Under the pieces are notes generated by a model, which worked only from the letters and a program-made list of their open reading frames with translations, did no database searches and was not told the origin of the DNA. Both the position numbers and the translations under genes were made by a program. A DNA stretch of 63,997 bases, filler included, from Porpidia crustulata (Eukaryota), in assembly GCA_964255105.1 (NCBI GenBank). It is 7 parts of 7 records of this genome, joined end to end, with 100 filler letters (N's around TTAATTAATTAA, not from the genome) between each part and the next. Parts side by side here need not be neighbours in the genome. Positions count along the whole stretch, not along the records: positions 36,965 to 46,094 come from CAXUWE010000992.1; positions 46,195 to 55,324 come from CAXUWE010000993.1; 5 more parts are not named here. One strand, written 5' to 3'. Each line of letters starts with the position of its first letter. The stretch's first letter is position 1. This document shows positions 40,908 through 53,849 of this stretch, one piece after another.

Positions 40908-41522
40908 CTGGGGCTTTGTGTGCGAGTGAGAAAGTGAATTGCAGAAAGAACAGCTTAGATGGAGTACTTGAGTACTCGCTCGCTCTCAATCTCACTTCGT
41001 CCCCTCTTGGAGGAAATTTTTGTGTGTCGGTCAACCAGCAATTAGATCACTGGCTGCGATAATTGAAGCCTTCACCGGTTGCTGCCGGATAGTTTTTGAG
41101 GGCTGAACAGGGATTGCGGTTCTCGCTCATTCTTCAATTTCTCTTAGTGTATCACGTGCTTGGTACTCGTATCTGCAAACCCACGCTATACACAAGCAGC
41201 TTCAAAGCCGAGCCACTCCCTGCTGCAACATCGTGTGGCTGCGGCGCTAACTATCACGTCGATCAATACCTGCCTAAAAACACCGACCATTAATGGTACG
41301 AAGCATTTCCATATCCACTTCTAGTCTTGTCGCTCTTTATGCGAAATGAATTCTTGAAACCTTCAATCTCCAATTTTCCTACTTGCCTTATCGCTCTGTA
41401 TATGTAAACCTCACCGTCTCATTTATTCTCCATTCTAATTTTCTTCTAACCTCTATTCTTTCTACAAAGTGGAGAGGATATGAGCGTCTCGCTGCCATCC
41501 TTCTTCCATGAAAGTGGAGAAC

Positions 41523-42440
41523 ATGTACAAGTCTACCAAACGCTCGAGAGATGAGGACGAGAACGAGCTGGAGGCTCTTAAGCGTGATCCCAAGGTATAC
41601 TAACAGCATAAAATTTCATTTGAGCAAGACTTACGGGTTACATGATAGAAATCTCGTACCTTACCCTTCAGATCCTCGCCCACGACCAAGCATACGTTCC
41701 TCTACTCTCAGTCCCCTCGTACTATGCCCGAGTCTCCCATTACTCCTGCTGTCACTCCAATAGAAATGTCAGAAGACGAGGAGGAGAAAGTCGCCTGTCC
41801 ATTATTGCCATCGCCACGTCTGCGGTCCACCCAGCTCACAATGGATTCATCCTTCTACATCGACGATGCCACAGATTCCGACATGGAGATGATAGACTCT
41901 CAACCTTCATCATCTCCCACACGCTGGGCGAGATCGAGTGCCACCAGAGCGTCTCATAGACCTTCTCCATTCTCGTTGCTTTCGCTACCTTCGAATCGGA
42001 ACTCGCAGGACCATGCCAATGGTGGGAGGATACCGACGCCAATCTACGGATACTTTCGTTCCGTTGAAATGAGTATGGACGTGGACGCAGAGGTCACACC
42101 CGGTGCTGTGTTACCTCAGTCGAGGCAAGAGCTCGATGAAGAGTCACAACTTCGCCGACGAAGGCTACCAACACCCATCAGCGAAGACGAAGCCATGGAC
42201 TCTGTAGCTACTACAACTATCCTAGGCCGGCTTGATATGGGCACTAATGTCTATGAGAGGCAATCGCTTTCGGAACGCCAGCGAAAAACCAGCACATGGC
42301 CAGCAGCTGATAGCAGTACAAGGCCCAAAGGAGGCAAAACCATGCTATCTATGGGCTATAGGACGGATTGCGAGAAGTGTAGGATAAAGGTTCCTGGACA
42401 TTACAACCACGTGATTAGGAGTCCAGAGGACTCGGGTTAA
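41523..42440 (+). CDS. conserved fungal hypothetical protein with a C-terminal CxxC-x5-H-x2-H motif
   Basis: Exons 41523-41594 and 41649-42440 join in frame (MYKSTKRSRD...DPK|KSRTLPFRSSP). Contains RIPTPIYGYF, RRLPTPISEDE and MGYRTDCEKCRIKVPGHYNH. Confidence 0.75.
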
Positions 42441-43535
42441 GCACTCATGCTATCCACGTGTACGATGTATCTGAAGGTCATGGACAGCGAATTGCGTATA
42501 CCTTAGCGCACTTTTCGGCGGAATTGCGTGGGCATCTTCTCCGTCCCTTTGTGTTTGCATTTCACTACAAGATTCGCGTCTCGGATCATCAGCAAGACGC
42601 TTCAGAGCTTTGGATAAACATTAGTACCAATTCTCTACGTACCTAAATATGGTTGAATTTGACCTCCCCATCGAATCCCTCGTTCACGCGGGGTATGGCA
42701 CTCTCAACACCACTTGGTCTAGTAACTGATGTCTGCAAAGCTGCATAGCTGCAAGCTGCAATCTGCACGTTGAGGTCCATCCTTCCCCGCCACCCCAGCG
42801 TTTCAGATATTCGCTCATGCCCGCAAGATCTGGAAGCAGACCCAAAGATAGGTCGCCTCCCGTCCGTGCTTCTGCAGCTTCTGCACGCCAAATCTCCCCA
42901 CAAGCTCCACTGCAACTAATTGTTTAAGGCATGATTAAGTTTTGCCATGGATGAAAATCTCGATGGGATATAAGCGCGCCTCTGCTCTAGGCCGTTGTGG
43001 CATCATCTGCCCCGTCCTGGCAGCGGGAGTAAGGAACGTGAAACGTACTACGTAGAGAGAGAACGAGTAGGTGACATCGATTGATTGTTTCTGACAAGGT
43101 TGCTATTTATGGAGATGATTGTTTCACGATCGGGAATTTTCAAGTAAAGGTTTTTCCTTCCAGTCTACTGTTGCCCACGCTGCGGACATTTCAGGCAAAT
43201 GTATTTGGGGGATCTAGACCTTTTTTGGTCGATTGGTCGTGTTGCCTTTTGTCGCATGTTCGGCTTTCCTTCCGAAGAAAAGCCACAAAAATTTTATGCC
43301 TCACTCGTTTGCTGTGATCTTCTCCAAGCGGAGAACCGTCGGCAATCGCTTGGCAGTAGAGTACGGAGGATTGGCTGCGCCGTATTGACCGAAGTTTCCG
43401 GACAATGACCGTTCTGGAGCGCATCATGCGGCAGGGCCTTTCCTGTACTCGTGACTGAGGCCCCTAGGGACCAGCTAGACTTATGGGTAGGACAGTATGG
43501 AATTCAGCAGCTAAAACGTTTGCTGCTCTTCTATC

Positions 43536-45925
43536 TTGATCGCAGCATGTACGCATGGAGACACGACCCTGGTTGAGCTCCTACTAGCCCGTGGTGTTGA
43601 TGTCAATGTTTCAGGAACTAAACAAAGACACTATAACAGCATACTGTTCGAGGAAGCAACCCCTCTGAATGCAGCTTGTGCAAAAGGTCATATCGCTGTG
43701 GTCCAACTCCTGCTGAACCACGGGGCAGATATCGAGAAGACAAGCGACTCATCTGCAACGCCCTTGATGGCTGCGATTCGTGGAAATAATCTATCAGCCA
43801 TTCGTTTACTTCTAGATGCCGGTGCAAACGTCAATCATGCCGTCGGTACCACACCGCTATCGGAAGCAGCGCAGGGTTGCAAGCTTGACGTTGTCGAAGA
43901 ACTGTTGAGCGCAGGAGCAATCATTGGCGGTCCTTATACCAAATAAATGCACTTGCACAAGCGTGCTACTACCGCAAGCACATGGCGATTGAGCTGCTGC
44001 TCGAAGCCCTATCTGACACTCAGTATGAAGCAGAAGTTTGTAGCGAGGCCCTTGCTACGGCAATAAAAGGCGGTGACGATGAGATGGTTTGTCTTCTGTT
44101 GGAACATGGTGTTTCCCCATCCTTCGAATTGCTTCGTCAGGCTTGCTCAGCAGGAGTGCTGGAAGCGGTAAAAATGCTGGTTGACAAAGGCATTGACATT
44201 AATGAAGACGATGGCGACGACGCTCCCCTGCTACATGTTGCAGCAAGTCACTCGAGACCAGATATTGTGCATTTTCTGATCAATCGAGGTGCTAGTGCCA
44301 TGCTCCGCAGCGCGAAATACGGGGATCCGTTGATAGCAGCGCTGGAAGGATCTATGGCACCTTTTCTTTGGGGTTACTTTCAGCCCGAGTCCTGCTGATT
44401 ACTTGCAAAGCAGCTTCCTTTTCCTGACCCCTCACATGCTTATTACATCATGGGTGGCACGCAGACTCAGCATATGCCGGGGTACAAACAGGTTTCACAA
44501 TGCGAGCAAATGGTGCGAAGCTTGCTCGATGCAGGCGCGGAGATGGACACGACGATAAGGAATTTCGGTAATGCCTTACACCTTGCATCATACATGGGTA
44601 GCGAGATCATTGTCCGTCAGTTGCTCCAGAGGATGGAGGACGTCAGCATCTTTGGGGGTTATTTCGGAAGTCCGTTGATCGCTGGTCTGAAAGGGCGTCA
44701 TCCGGTTATCGTCGAGCTTCTCTTGGATCGAGATATTGAAGTCAATCATTTTTCGCCAGAGCATGGATTTGCCTTGCGCTATGCATGTGCACATGGGAGC
44801 AAGGAGTTGATACAGAGCCTTCTCGACCACGGTGCGGACATCAATGCTTATGATGACAAACGTGGTTCTGCACTGGCTGCAGCCGCATCTCCTAGCGCGG
44901 AACTCATTACGCAATACAGAAATACCAGACCATCTGAGAAGCAGCACGCAATAGTTGAATTATTATTAAGTCACGAACCCAAGGTCCAGATCAGGGAGTG
45001 TGACCTTCTGGCTGCTGCGTCATGGATGTATCCGGAAAAAGGCCAACATTTCATGAGCCTCTTCCTCAGGCACGATCAGTCTGCCGTGGCCACCGAGGTA
45101 GTTATCGTCGAGACTATTCAAAATGACGACATATTTGCTTTACCGCTATTGCTTAACCGTGATGGTGGACTTGGAACAACTCCAGCTATGCTCAAAGCTG
45201 CAAAAAGGACTAAGTTAATGAAGATGCTGCTAGAACACAAGCCATCGTGCCAGGTGACAGCGGATGCTCTAGAGAGCGCGGCAAGACAATATAGCGATAG
45301 CCTCAATCTCGTTAAGCTGCTACTGACACATGATCCTAAAGCCCCTGTCACTAAAGCCACTATCATGGCAGCCATGGAACACAGATATTCCGGCGATTCT
45401 AATCCCGTCCTGAAACTGCTCCTAGATCAGAATCGTGGAATTGAGATCACTGACGAGATGCTAGAAGCTGCAAGGGAACCACATGACATGGAGGCGCTCC
45501 TCCTCCGACGGAGTAAAGTGCAAACGATCAGCTCCCAAGTTCTGGAAAAGGCTGCAAAACGTTACTCACCAGGTGCAACCCTTGTATCACAATTACTGAA
45601 GCACGATAAGACGGTCAAGATCACGCCACCTATTCTTCATGCGGCCATCGTGTCCGATTCTAATGACGAATCATTCGTGAGGACTCTGTTCGATTATGAC
45701 CCGACTCTTGAGATCACTCAGGAGGATCTGCTGGGTTTGGCCAACTCGTGGCACTCGTGGAGATTGGACGGAACCAGAACGAGGTGAATGAACGTCCTTT
45801 TGGAATACGGTAAGACTGTGGAGTTCACGGCCGAGGTCAGAAAAACATTGGATGAAAATTTCCAGAGTCAGAGTGACAAAGATATGAAGGAATGGTTGTA
45901 TAAGCTAGAAAGACGACACACATAG
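43536..45925 (+). pseudogene. ankyrin-repeat protein pseudogene (probable NLR-like/HET C-terminal remnant)
   Basis: Many ankyrin repeats (TPLNAAC..GH, TPLMAA, NALHLAS, ALRYAC) followed by (V/I)Txx(V/M)LxAAA helical repeats. Frameshift near 43945, in-frame TGA at 44396-44398 and 45785-45787, no clear start. Confidence 0.8.
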
Positions 45926-46094
45926 TACACGACAGCATTAATGAGGATAGAAAGCGGATCGGGAGGAATTATTGTGGTTGAGGTTTTTTGTATCTGATTC
46001 AGTGGGGTAGGTTGGAGATGGGGGGATGCTTAAGAGATCCGAAACGAGGGTGGTGGATCTTCTAGTCAGGATGTTAAAGGGGCTTTTACGAAGG

Positions 46095-46194
46095 NNNNNN
46101 NNNNNNNNNNNNNNNNNNNNNNNNNNNNNNNNNNNNNNTTAATTAATTAANNNNNNNNNNNNNNNNNNNNNNNNNNNNNNNNNNNNNNNNNNNN
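46095..46194. other. artificial contig spacer
   Basis: N44-TTAATTAATTAA-N44. Confidence 0.97.
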
Positions 46195-46346
46195 CCACGG
46201 TAGTTTTGGATGCGGACGGAGATGGAGGCTTTGCAGAGGGAAGAGGTGATGTGGCTTGGGTTGGGGGTGTTTACGTTCACGATTTGGTGGGTGGAGGGAT
46301 CGTAGGCGGGGCCGGCGGTGACGCGGAGGAGGTATTTGTCTGCCAT
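46195..46346 (-). CDS. DUF1769-family protein, N-terminal fragment
   Basis: MADKYLLRVTAGPAYDPSTHQIVNVN...ISVRIQNYR resembles the N-terminus of fungal DUF1769 proteins (from recall). Truncated by the spacer. Confidence 0.7.
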
Positions 46347-47796
46347 TGGTGGGCGGTCGAGGGTGGAAGAAACACGGTATTAATAAATAACCGCGATTAC
46401 ATGGCCCAACGCGTGGGGAAATAAGGTGTTCTGGATAGAGGTCTATTGGGGGTTTGACAGCCATGGCGTCATTGTTGACGGGTTGGCTATCACATGCTAA
46501 AAAATTGTAGACAGAATTTTGGGCTAAGTGTTGATTGATAGAGGAAGCTGGGAAGAAGTTGTTTCTTCAGAACTTGGTGCCAGAAAACTTGACTTTGTCA
46601 CGTTCGAGGTCACTCTCTAAAGCGTATCTGAGTACCACAAAGGTTTAGTAGTCGACATGATAACACCACGCAGTTCAGACATATCGGTATAGAAATCGCA
46701 ACCAATAACGCGAAACATCTCAATTAACACCTAACAACACCTGAGACTCCTTAGAAAGACAATCGGAAGTACTCTCGATCGTCGGACACGAATGTCAACC
46801 ATGAAGCCTTCATGCATCGTCCATACCAATAGGTCGTCAGACCTAGACTCCAGTGCTTTGACTCAAGTCTCAATTATCCATAAACTCTCCCTGTGCTTCG
46901 AGTCTCCTTCAATAGCATTATCGCCTTCTCTCAAACCAGCTAGTAGCCCCCATCGCTGCCACGCTTTGGTCCATCATGAACTCGCCAACATCAAGGTATT
47001 TACCGACCCATTTCTGGACTTCTTTACTTTCTGAAACCTTTTCTGACCTGAGACTAGGGCTGGCATCCCCATTGAACAGGGTAGAGTTAGCTATGTTCAT
47101 TCTCTTAGGTATCACACATATCTTTCTAGCGAATGGGAAGCTAAGGAAAACAGAGCTGCATACGTGAGGCCTGTTGACCGCTTCACACCAGCAAGGAAAG
47201 CGGAAACTGCCAAAGTGTTAGCAAATGACTTTCTAACGGAGTGGCATATGAGACCTACATAGGACCAAGTCGAACGCGTAATGTGTCAGTCGGCCGAGCT
47301 GAATTCCATCACAATTAGAACATGCTTCGAATTGGCAGTGATGCTAGTTGTACCACCATTATAGCTTTGGAAACTCAAGACAAGATCGACAAGAGAGCTA
47401 AGTTTTTGGCACGATACAGAGTGCAGGCCTAGCTTAAGGCCTCCTCGTGCCTAAATACGTAAGTGGCAAGGTGATCTTGGTAGATATCTTTGCGTAAACT
47501 TAAGTCAGACTGCAGGAATCCTTCAAGCAGTAGTGTGGAAATGGGAGTTGTTGCACAGCAGATTTCTACTGTGTCTCCAGGGTCACAATACCGATTAGAC
47601 ACATGAGGCCACGCCTTATGGCGCTTAAGCGCTATGACCATTTCGCCAAGCGCCCATTGATCTCATCTCATTGGCCAGCGATATCACTCAACCACCCGCC
47701 TCAGGCTTCGGTCCGCGTGGGGGCTCCTCAACCTTTGTTCTGAACCCAAGCTCAACAAAATCCTCATCCGTTGTACTGTCCAGGCCTACCAGCACA

Positions 47797-49723
47797 ATGG
47801 CCGACGCACTAGACCACCAGACGAGCGGTCGTACACGAATTGAGTGGCTATCGAGCTTGAATACCGATTACAAGCCTGCAAAGAACTATCGTCGTACCTC
47901 AATCATTTGCACTATCGGCCCAAAAACAAATTCTGCCGAAAAAATCAATGTTCTGCGGAAAGGTATGGGCTTTGTGCATTCATGCCGCTTTATGAGACTG
48001 ATTCTCCAAATTTGCAGCGGGCATGAATGTTGTTCGCATGAACTTCTCTCACGGAGCTCATGAGGTATGGCGGTTACCTGTCTACACCTTCTGGTTTGAG
48101 AGGCTGACTATAGGCTTGAACTACAGTATCACCAGTCAGTCATCGACAATGCTAGAAAAGCAGAGCAGGCAGAGTCTGGACGCCCATTGGCTATTGCCCT
48201 AGATACTGCAAGTTTCGCTCTACTCTAAGGCTGTCGTCACTTTTAATTTGGTGCTCAACGCTAATTTATATGCAATAACTTAGAAAGGCCCCGAGATACG
48301 CACCGGTAACACTGTTGGTGACCAAGACATTTCAATCTCTCTTGGCCATGAAATGAACATCACAACCGATGAGACGTATGCTACGGCTTGTGACGACAAG
48401 AATATGTGAGTTTGTTCCAGGCCAGCAAGAATTCAGAGAGACTGAAGCCAATGGGTCAGGTATCTTGACTACCAAAACATAACCAAGGTCATCGAGCCTG
48501 GGCGTACCATTTATGTAGACGATGGCGTTCTCTCATTCAAAGTCCTAAAGGTTGTCGACAGCAAAACCCTGCGCGTACAATGCTTGAACAACGGCAAAAT
48601 TTCCTCCAAGAAGGGCGTCAATCTGCCATCGACCGATGTCGACCTACCTGCGCTCTCCGAGAAAGATAAAGGTGATCTGCTTTTCGGGGTCAAGAACAAC
48701 GTCGACATGGTGTTTGCTTCATTCATTCGTCGTGGAAGTGATATCACTGCCATCCGGGACGTACTAGGTGAAAAGGGGAAGGAGATTCAGATCATTGCCA
48801 AGATTGAAAACCAGCAGGGCTTAAATAACTTTGATGAGATATTAAAGGAGACCGACGGAGTTATGGTTGCCCGAGGTGATCTTGGTATCGAGATCCCCGC
48901 TGCTAAAGTCTTCATCGCCCAGAAGATGATGATCGCCAAGTGCAACCGTGCCGGAAAGCCCGTTATTTGTGCAACTCAGATGCTCGAGTCGATGACTCTC
49001 AATCCTCGCCCCACACGAGCTGAGGTTAGCGATGTCGGTAATGCTGTTCTGGATGGAGCCGACTGCGTCATGCTGTCTGGCGAGACTGCCAAAGGGAATT
49101 ATCCTCGCGAGTCTGTCAGTATGATGCACGAAACTTGCTCGCTGGCCGAAGTTGCAATCCCATACATCAGCTTTTTTAACGAATTACGTGGAACTGTCAC
49201 ACCACCAGTCAGTCTTCAAGAGTCGTGCGCTATGTCCGCTGTAAGCGCCAGCCTGGAGTTGAACGCTGGTGCTATCCTTGTCTTAACTACAAGGTGAGGA
49301 AAGGTCTATCATACAGTGTTAGCATTACTGATTTCATCTAGTGGCTCCTCCGCAAGGCTCATATCGAAGTTCCGTCCTGTCTGCCCCATCATCATGGTCA
49401 CCCGCAACGCAACTGCTTGTAGAGTATGTACCTAGTATCTACTCATGTTGTACATGCTGATCACTTACTCTCAGTACTCGCACCTGTACCGTGGCGTGTA
49501 TCCCTTCCTCTTCCCAGAGAAGAAGCCTGATTTCAATGAGCAAGACTGGCAAGTTGACGTCGACGGCCGCCTCAAATGGGGTATTGCCCAGGCCATTAAA
49601 CTTGGCATCCTCACACAGGGTGATAACGTTGTATGCGTCCAGGGCTGGCGTGGGGGCAAAGGCCACACCAACACTTTGCGCATTGTTCCTGCGGAAGAAA
49701 ACCTTGGCCTTGCGGCTGACTGA
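47797..49723 (+). CDS. PYK1: pyruvate kinase
   Basis: Multi-exon. Motifs [56 protein letters not shown] and [12 protein letters not shown]. Confidence 0.97.
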
Positions 49724-51388
49724 TAGGTCCAGAGTCTGTACTAGTCCAAAGGTGACACAATGTTCTGTTTATCCAGCAAAAAGGTCACAAGTATGAAATA
49801 GCACGATGAAATGAAGCCCTAGATAGCCTCCGAGTTTAGCATGCGATGTTTCTAGACCAATGGAAGCCGTCGGCTCTTTAGTCGCCTCGGAGAGTGATGT
49901 GTTTGACTGACAATCTACCGTGTGTACTGGTCCTAACGGTATGACCTAAACATGCTCTATTCATCTCATACTCTAGGTATTGTCAAGAACTTCTCGACAA
50001 GGGCTCCAAACGACTATCGAGGAAAAGGGCTTTTTTGGAGATCCAAATGCTTATCAGAGCTTTACTTTAAGAAAGCCTCAGTGTGTCGGTCTACCATATT
50101 ACTCATGTTCTCTTTGTATATTCAGCTTATTGAACTTTCATATCAGAACGCCGAGATCACTATCAACGCGCTGACCCCTAGCTATCATGGGTAAGTGCTT
50201 TCAGCATTTCTAAGTATGATATAGTGTACAGTGATCACGAATCTCTTTTCATTTGAGTGTTAATTTTAGAAAGTGCAAATTATATACTTCGTTCACTCAC
50301 AGACAAGCTGCTAAGGAAACCATTCAAGATGGCTTTGCTGGAAATCCTAGTAAGGTATTGGTCTCTTGCGAGCAAGCAAACATTGCGACGCATGTCCCAG
50401 ATTTACTGGTTGTAAAAGCTCAAAGTTAGGGCGTGTAGGTACTGGTAGTCCAGTGAGCACTCATTACGTAAATTCTTGAAGGGGAACCCGTTGCTACAAT
50501 CAGTGATTCACCGATCACAGATGATGATGGCGTAGAGTTTGCACAGGCGTAGGTCATAGACTTGGAGCGGACTTTTGAAAATGGGGAGCCTTGAGTGTAT
50601 TCGCAGATTTATTTATGTCATTAGTATCTACACTGCGTAGAATGTCGGTAGGAAACGCAAGTTTCTTCTTGTCGAGAGCACTGAGATGGTGTCTAGCTCA
50701 GTGATCCCTATGGTCTTTTTCAAATACAAGATGCCATTTTCCAAGTATGAACATGTATTCTGCTTGCTGATTACGACTGCACTATGACTAAGTAAAAGTG
50801 AGAGCACGCATCTCAAAGATAGATCAGCGCTTAAGAGAATCTCGTTTGCATCGGACGTGAAATATTTGCTGAAGCTTCTGGGTCGTTCTGTTGAAGTTCC
50901 ATTGAGACTAGATATTGAAAGTTCCTACCCGGAAATCGTCTAGCCCGGTGAAAGGCATACGAAACACCTTGAATCATCGCACAAACAAAGTCGTTCATGT
51001 CTCATGCAAGTAGCCATCGCTCGATTTTGCACACAAAAAAGCTCATTGAAATGTTCCTCTTTATGTTATGCCATATCGATGTGTTACGGGTTCGTATAGC
51101 ATGCATAAGGCAGCTAGTTTGCGCTGAGAGTCAACACACACATCTCATAATGTGAAAATGTCTAAGGCTTTGTCCGTCTTTTGTACTTCTCGTCTGATCA
51201 GCAATGCTATGTGATATAAGACTCAGAGTCCGTTCAAAGTTTCAAGAGATCTCATAAGAGGAATCCTGACTACATTCTTCTGACCTATATTGCAAGAATC
51301 GTATTTATCATCCACTGTCAGAACCGCTGCAGCAAGACTGAACACACACTCAAACTCTCCTCTCCCTATATCTTAGTCATCCTTAAAG

Positions 51389-53849
51389 ATGAAGAAGTCA
51401 TCGGCGCTCGAAGCTTGGGTTAAAAAACAGTACTACCGAATTGGCTTAAATGATGATGGGTGTTTTATTGGAAAAGCATTGTTCAAGGAAAGACTTATCA
51501 GGTTACACCAGGGTCCAAAGCTAGAAATAGTGCAAGCGGTCAATAAGTGAGCCCTCAATATGCTATCTCAGAATCTGCTGCTAAGAATCTCTCGCGGAGC
51601 AGAGTGGGCACGCAGCGTTTCTTCGAACAACAGCCACATCTGCAACGGCCCACGAACACCGCAAGCTCTTCTACCACTGCCTCCACGAAATCAGGACTAG
51701 TGAGCTCTTCTGATACAACCTTTGAGACGTTAGGGCTGGCAAGCTCTTCGCGGGTTCTAGCTAAGGAGCAGAGTTTAAGCCGCGGGAACGTCAAGCAATC
51801 GGGTGTCAGTTCTTCTAATTTTGGTTCGTCGTCAGAGAGCGAATTCTCAAGTTCATCGCTAGACGTAAGAGTTACATATTAAAGTTTGATCTTTGTGTGA
51901 CTATGCTGATCGAGGTGATTTTGGCAATAGACCGTCGACAAAGAAACATTTGGCGAAATTAATTATGCATCAAATAGGTATCCCCTTGGGTCAAAAAATG
52001 CAAATGCAAATTTGACAAAGGTAGTGCCATTCAATTCATCACCCAAGGCTTGTCCTGACGATATGTAGGACCCAAGTCATACCAACGTGGTGAATCTTCC
52101 ACAGCCCTCCGTCACACCGAAACGGGAAGACTTGTCAACACTCGTTTTCGGAAGCGGTGGCGTTGCTATAGATTCAACCGATGCGGATGTTTCTGTAAGA
52201 AAAGCAGCGATGTCTCAAGAACTCAAAGGTACCTAGCCCCTTAAAATCTAGAGTTCATCCAATAACGCTCTACAGACCTAGAGAAATTTCAGGGAGTCTC
52301 CACCAAATCAAGGACCAACGTGTCCCTCGATAATACGGATACGGTTCCATCCGAAATGCCTACATTAAGCGACCAATTGGCGCTCTTGACTGTTCACAGT
52401 TCAGACACTGGAAAAGGAGAAGCCAAAAATGGAGATATCAAGAACGCGGTACTTTTCTCGGCAAAGCTGCTCGATCACTGTGACAAGAGCCTCTTGCCTC
52501 AATATGGATTGTTCGGAAGCTTCACAAAGAAGGAAGCAGTAGATGCAGCCGATGATCCAAGAGTTTTCTTGAATACCAATATTCCATTTTCGGCGTTCAT
52601 TTGTGGTGTACAAGGGAGTGGAAAGTCTCATTCAACTGCATGCCTGATTGGTGGGTATTGTACTTATGTGACCAAAAGCTTGATTGAATCTAACTTGTCT
52701 ACAGAGAACTGCCTCATTCGCTCTCCAATGCTAGGAGTTCTTCAAAAGCCTCTTTCAGCGCTGGTGTTCCACTACGGCGAAGCCACCTCCCGCATGAACT
52801 TCAAACCAAGCGAAGTTGCCTTCCTTGCGTCTCCTAGTCCAGACTTCCCCAATCACCCAAGGGTCTCAAAGATCATCGTCCTAGTCTCGCCATCCAACTA
52901 CCTGACTCTTATGCCTACGTATAGCCAAATTCCCGGTGTGACCGTCCAACCATTTAAGCTACTTCCCCAGAATTTGACCATCGGCACTATGCTCACACTC
53001 ATGTCCGTCGATACAAGCGAGTCAACACCGCTATATATGAGCCAGGTAACAAAGATCCTGCGAGAACAGGCTTCCAAATCTAAAAATGGCTTCGATTATT
53101 TGGATTTCAAGCATCAATTAGCCGTAGCCAAGCTCGACAAAAAGCAAATCGAATTTCTGACTCAGCGGCTGGATCTCCTTGAATCCTTTCTCGATCTGAA
53201 AGGGAAGAATCCTGGCCCTGCCTTTGAAGCCGGTACCGTGACCATCATGGACCTCACCTGCCCTTTCGTCGACGTCAACACGGCCTGCGTCCTGTTCAAG
53301 ATCGGCATGGAGATGTACCTCGAATCCACCGCCATGACTGGAAAACTCATCGCCGTCGATGAAGCACACAAAGTGACTCACTGCCCCGCCCCCAATAAAC
53401 CCATAGACCACACCGCTAACAAAATCACCTAGTACATGACCGATACCCCCGCCTCTGCCGCCCTGACCGAATCCCTACTCACCACCGTCCGTCAGCAACG
53501 CCACTACGGGGCCCGCATCCTCATCTCCACCCAGGAACCCTCCATCTCCCCGCGCCTCATCGACCTTTGCTCCATGGTCGTCATCCACCGCTTCCAGAGC
53601 CCCGACTGGTTCGCCATCCTGCGTCGCCACATTTCCACCGCTGACGACGGCAAAGGGAGCGCCATGGCGAAGGAGCTGTTTCAGCGGATCGTGGGGCTGA
53701 GGACGGGACAGGCGTTGGTTTTTGCGCCGTCGGCGATTTTGGAGGCACAGGGGGAGGGGGCGTGGGAGATGTTGAAGGAGGGATTGGTGCGGATGATGGT
53801 GAGGAAACGAGTCACGTTGGATGCGGGGAGGAGTGTAGTCGCTGTTTGA
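51389..53849 (+). CDS. P-loop ATPase with HerA/FtsK/VirB4-type motifs and a low-complexity N-terminal extension
   Basis: Exons 51389-51546, 51603-51864, 51931-52020, 52069-52228, 52276-52650, 52705-53372 and 53433-53849 splice in frame to 709 aa. Walker A GVQGSGKS, Walker B LIAVDEAHKYM, and RQQRHYGARILISTQEP. The 5' exons are less certain. Confidence 0.8.

Noticed and set aside
49897..50360. Several splice-like signals and short ORFs downstream of pyruvate kinase
   Set aside because: No consistent spliced reading frame or recognisable motif could be assembled.
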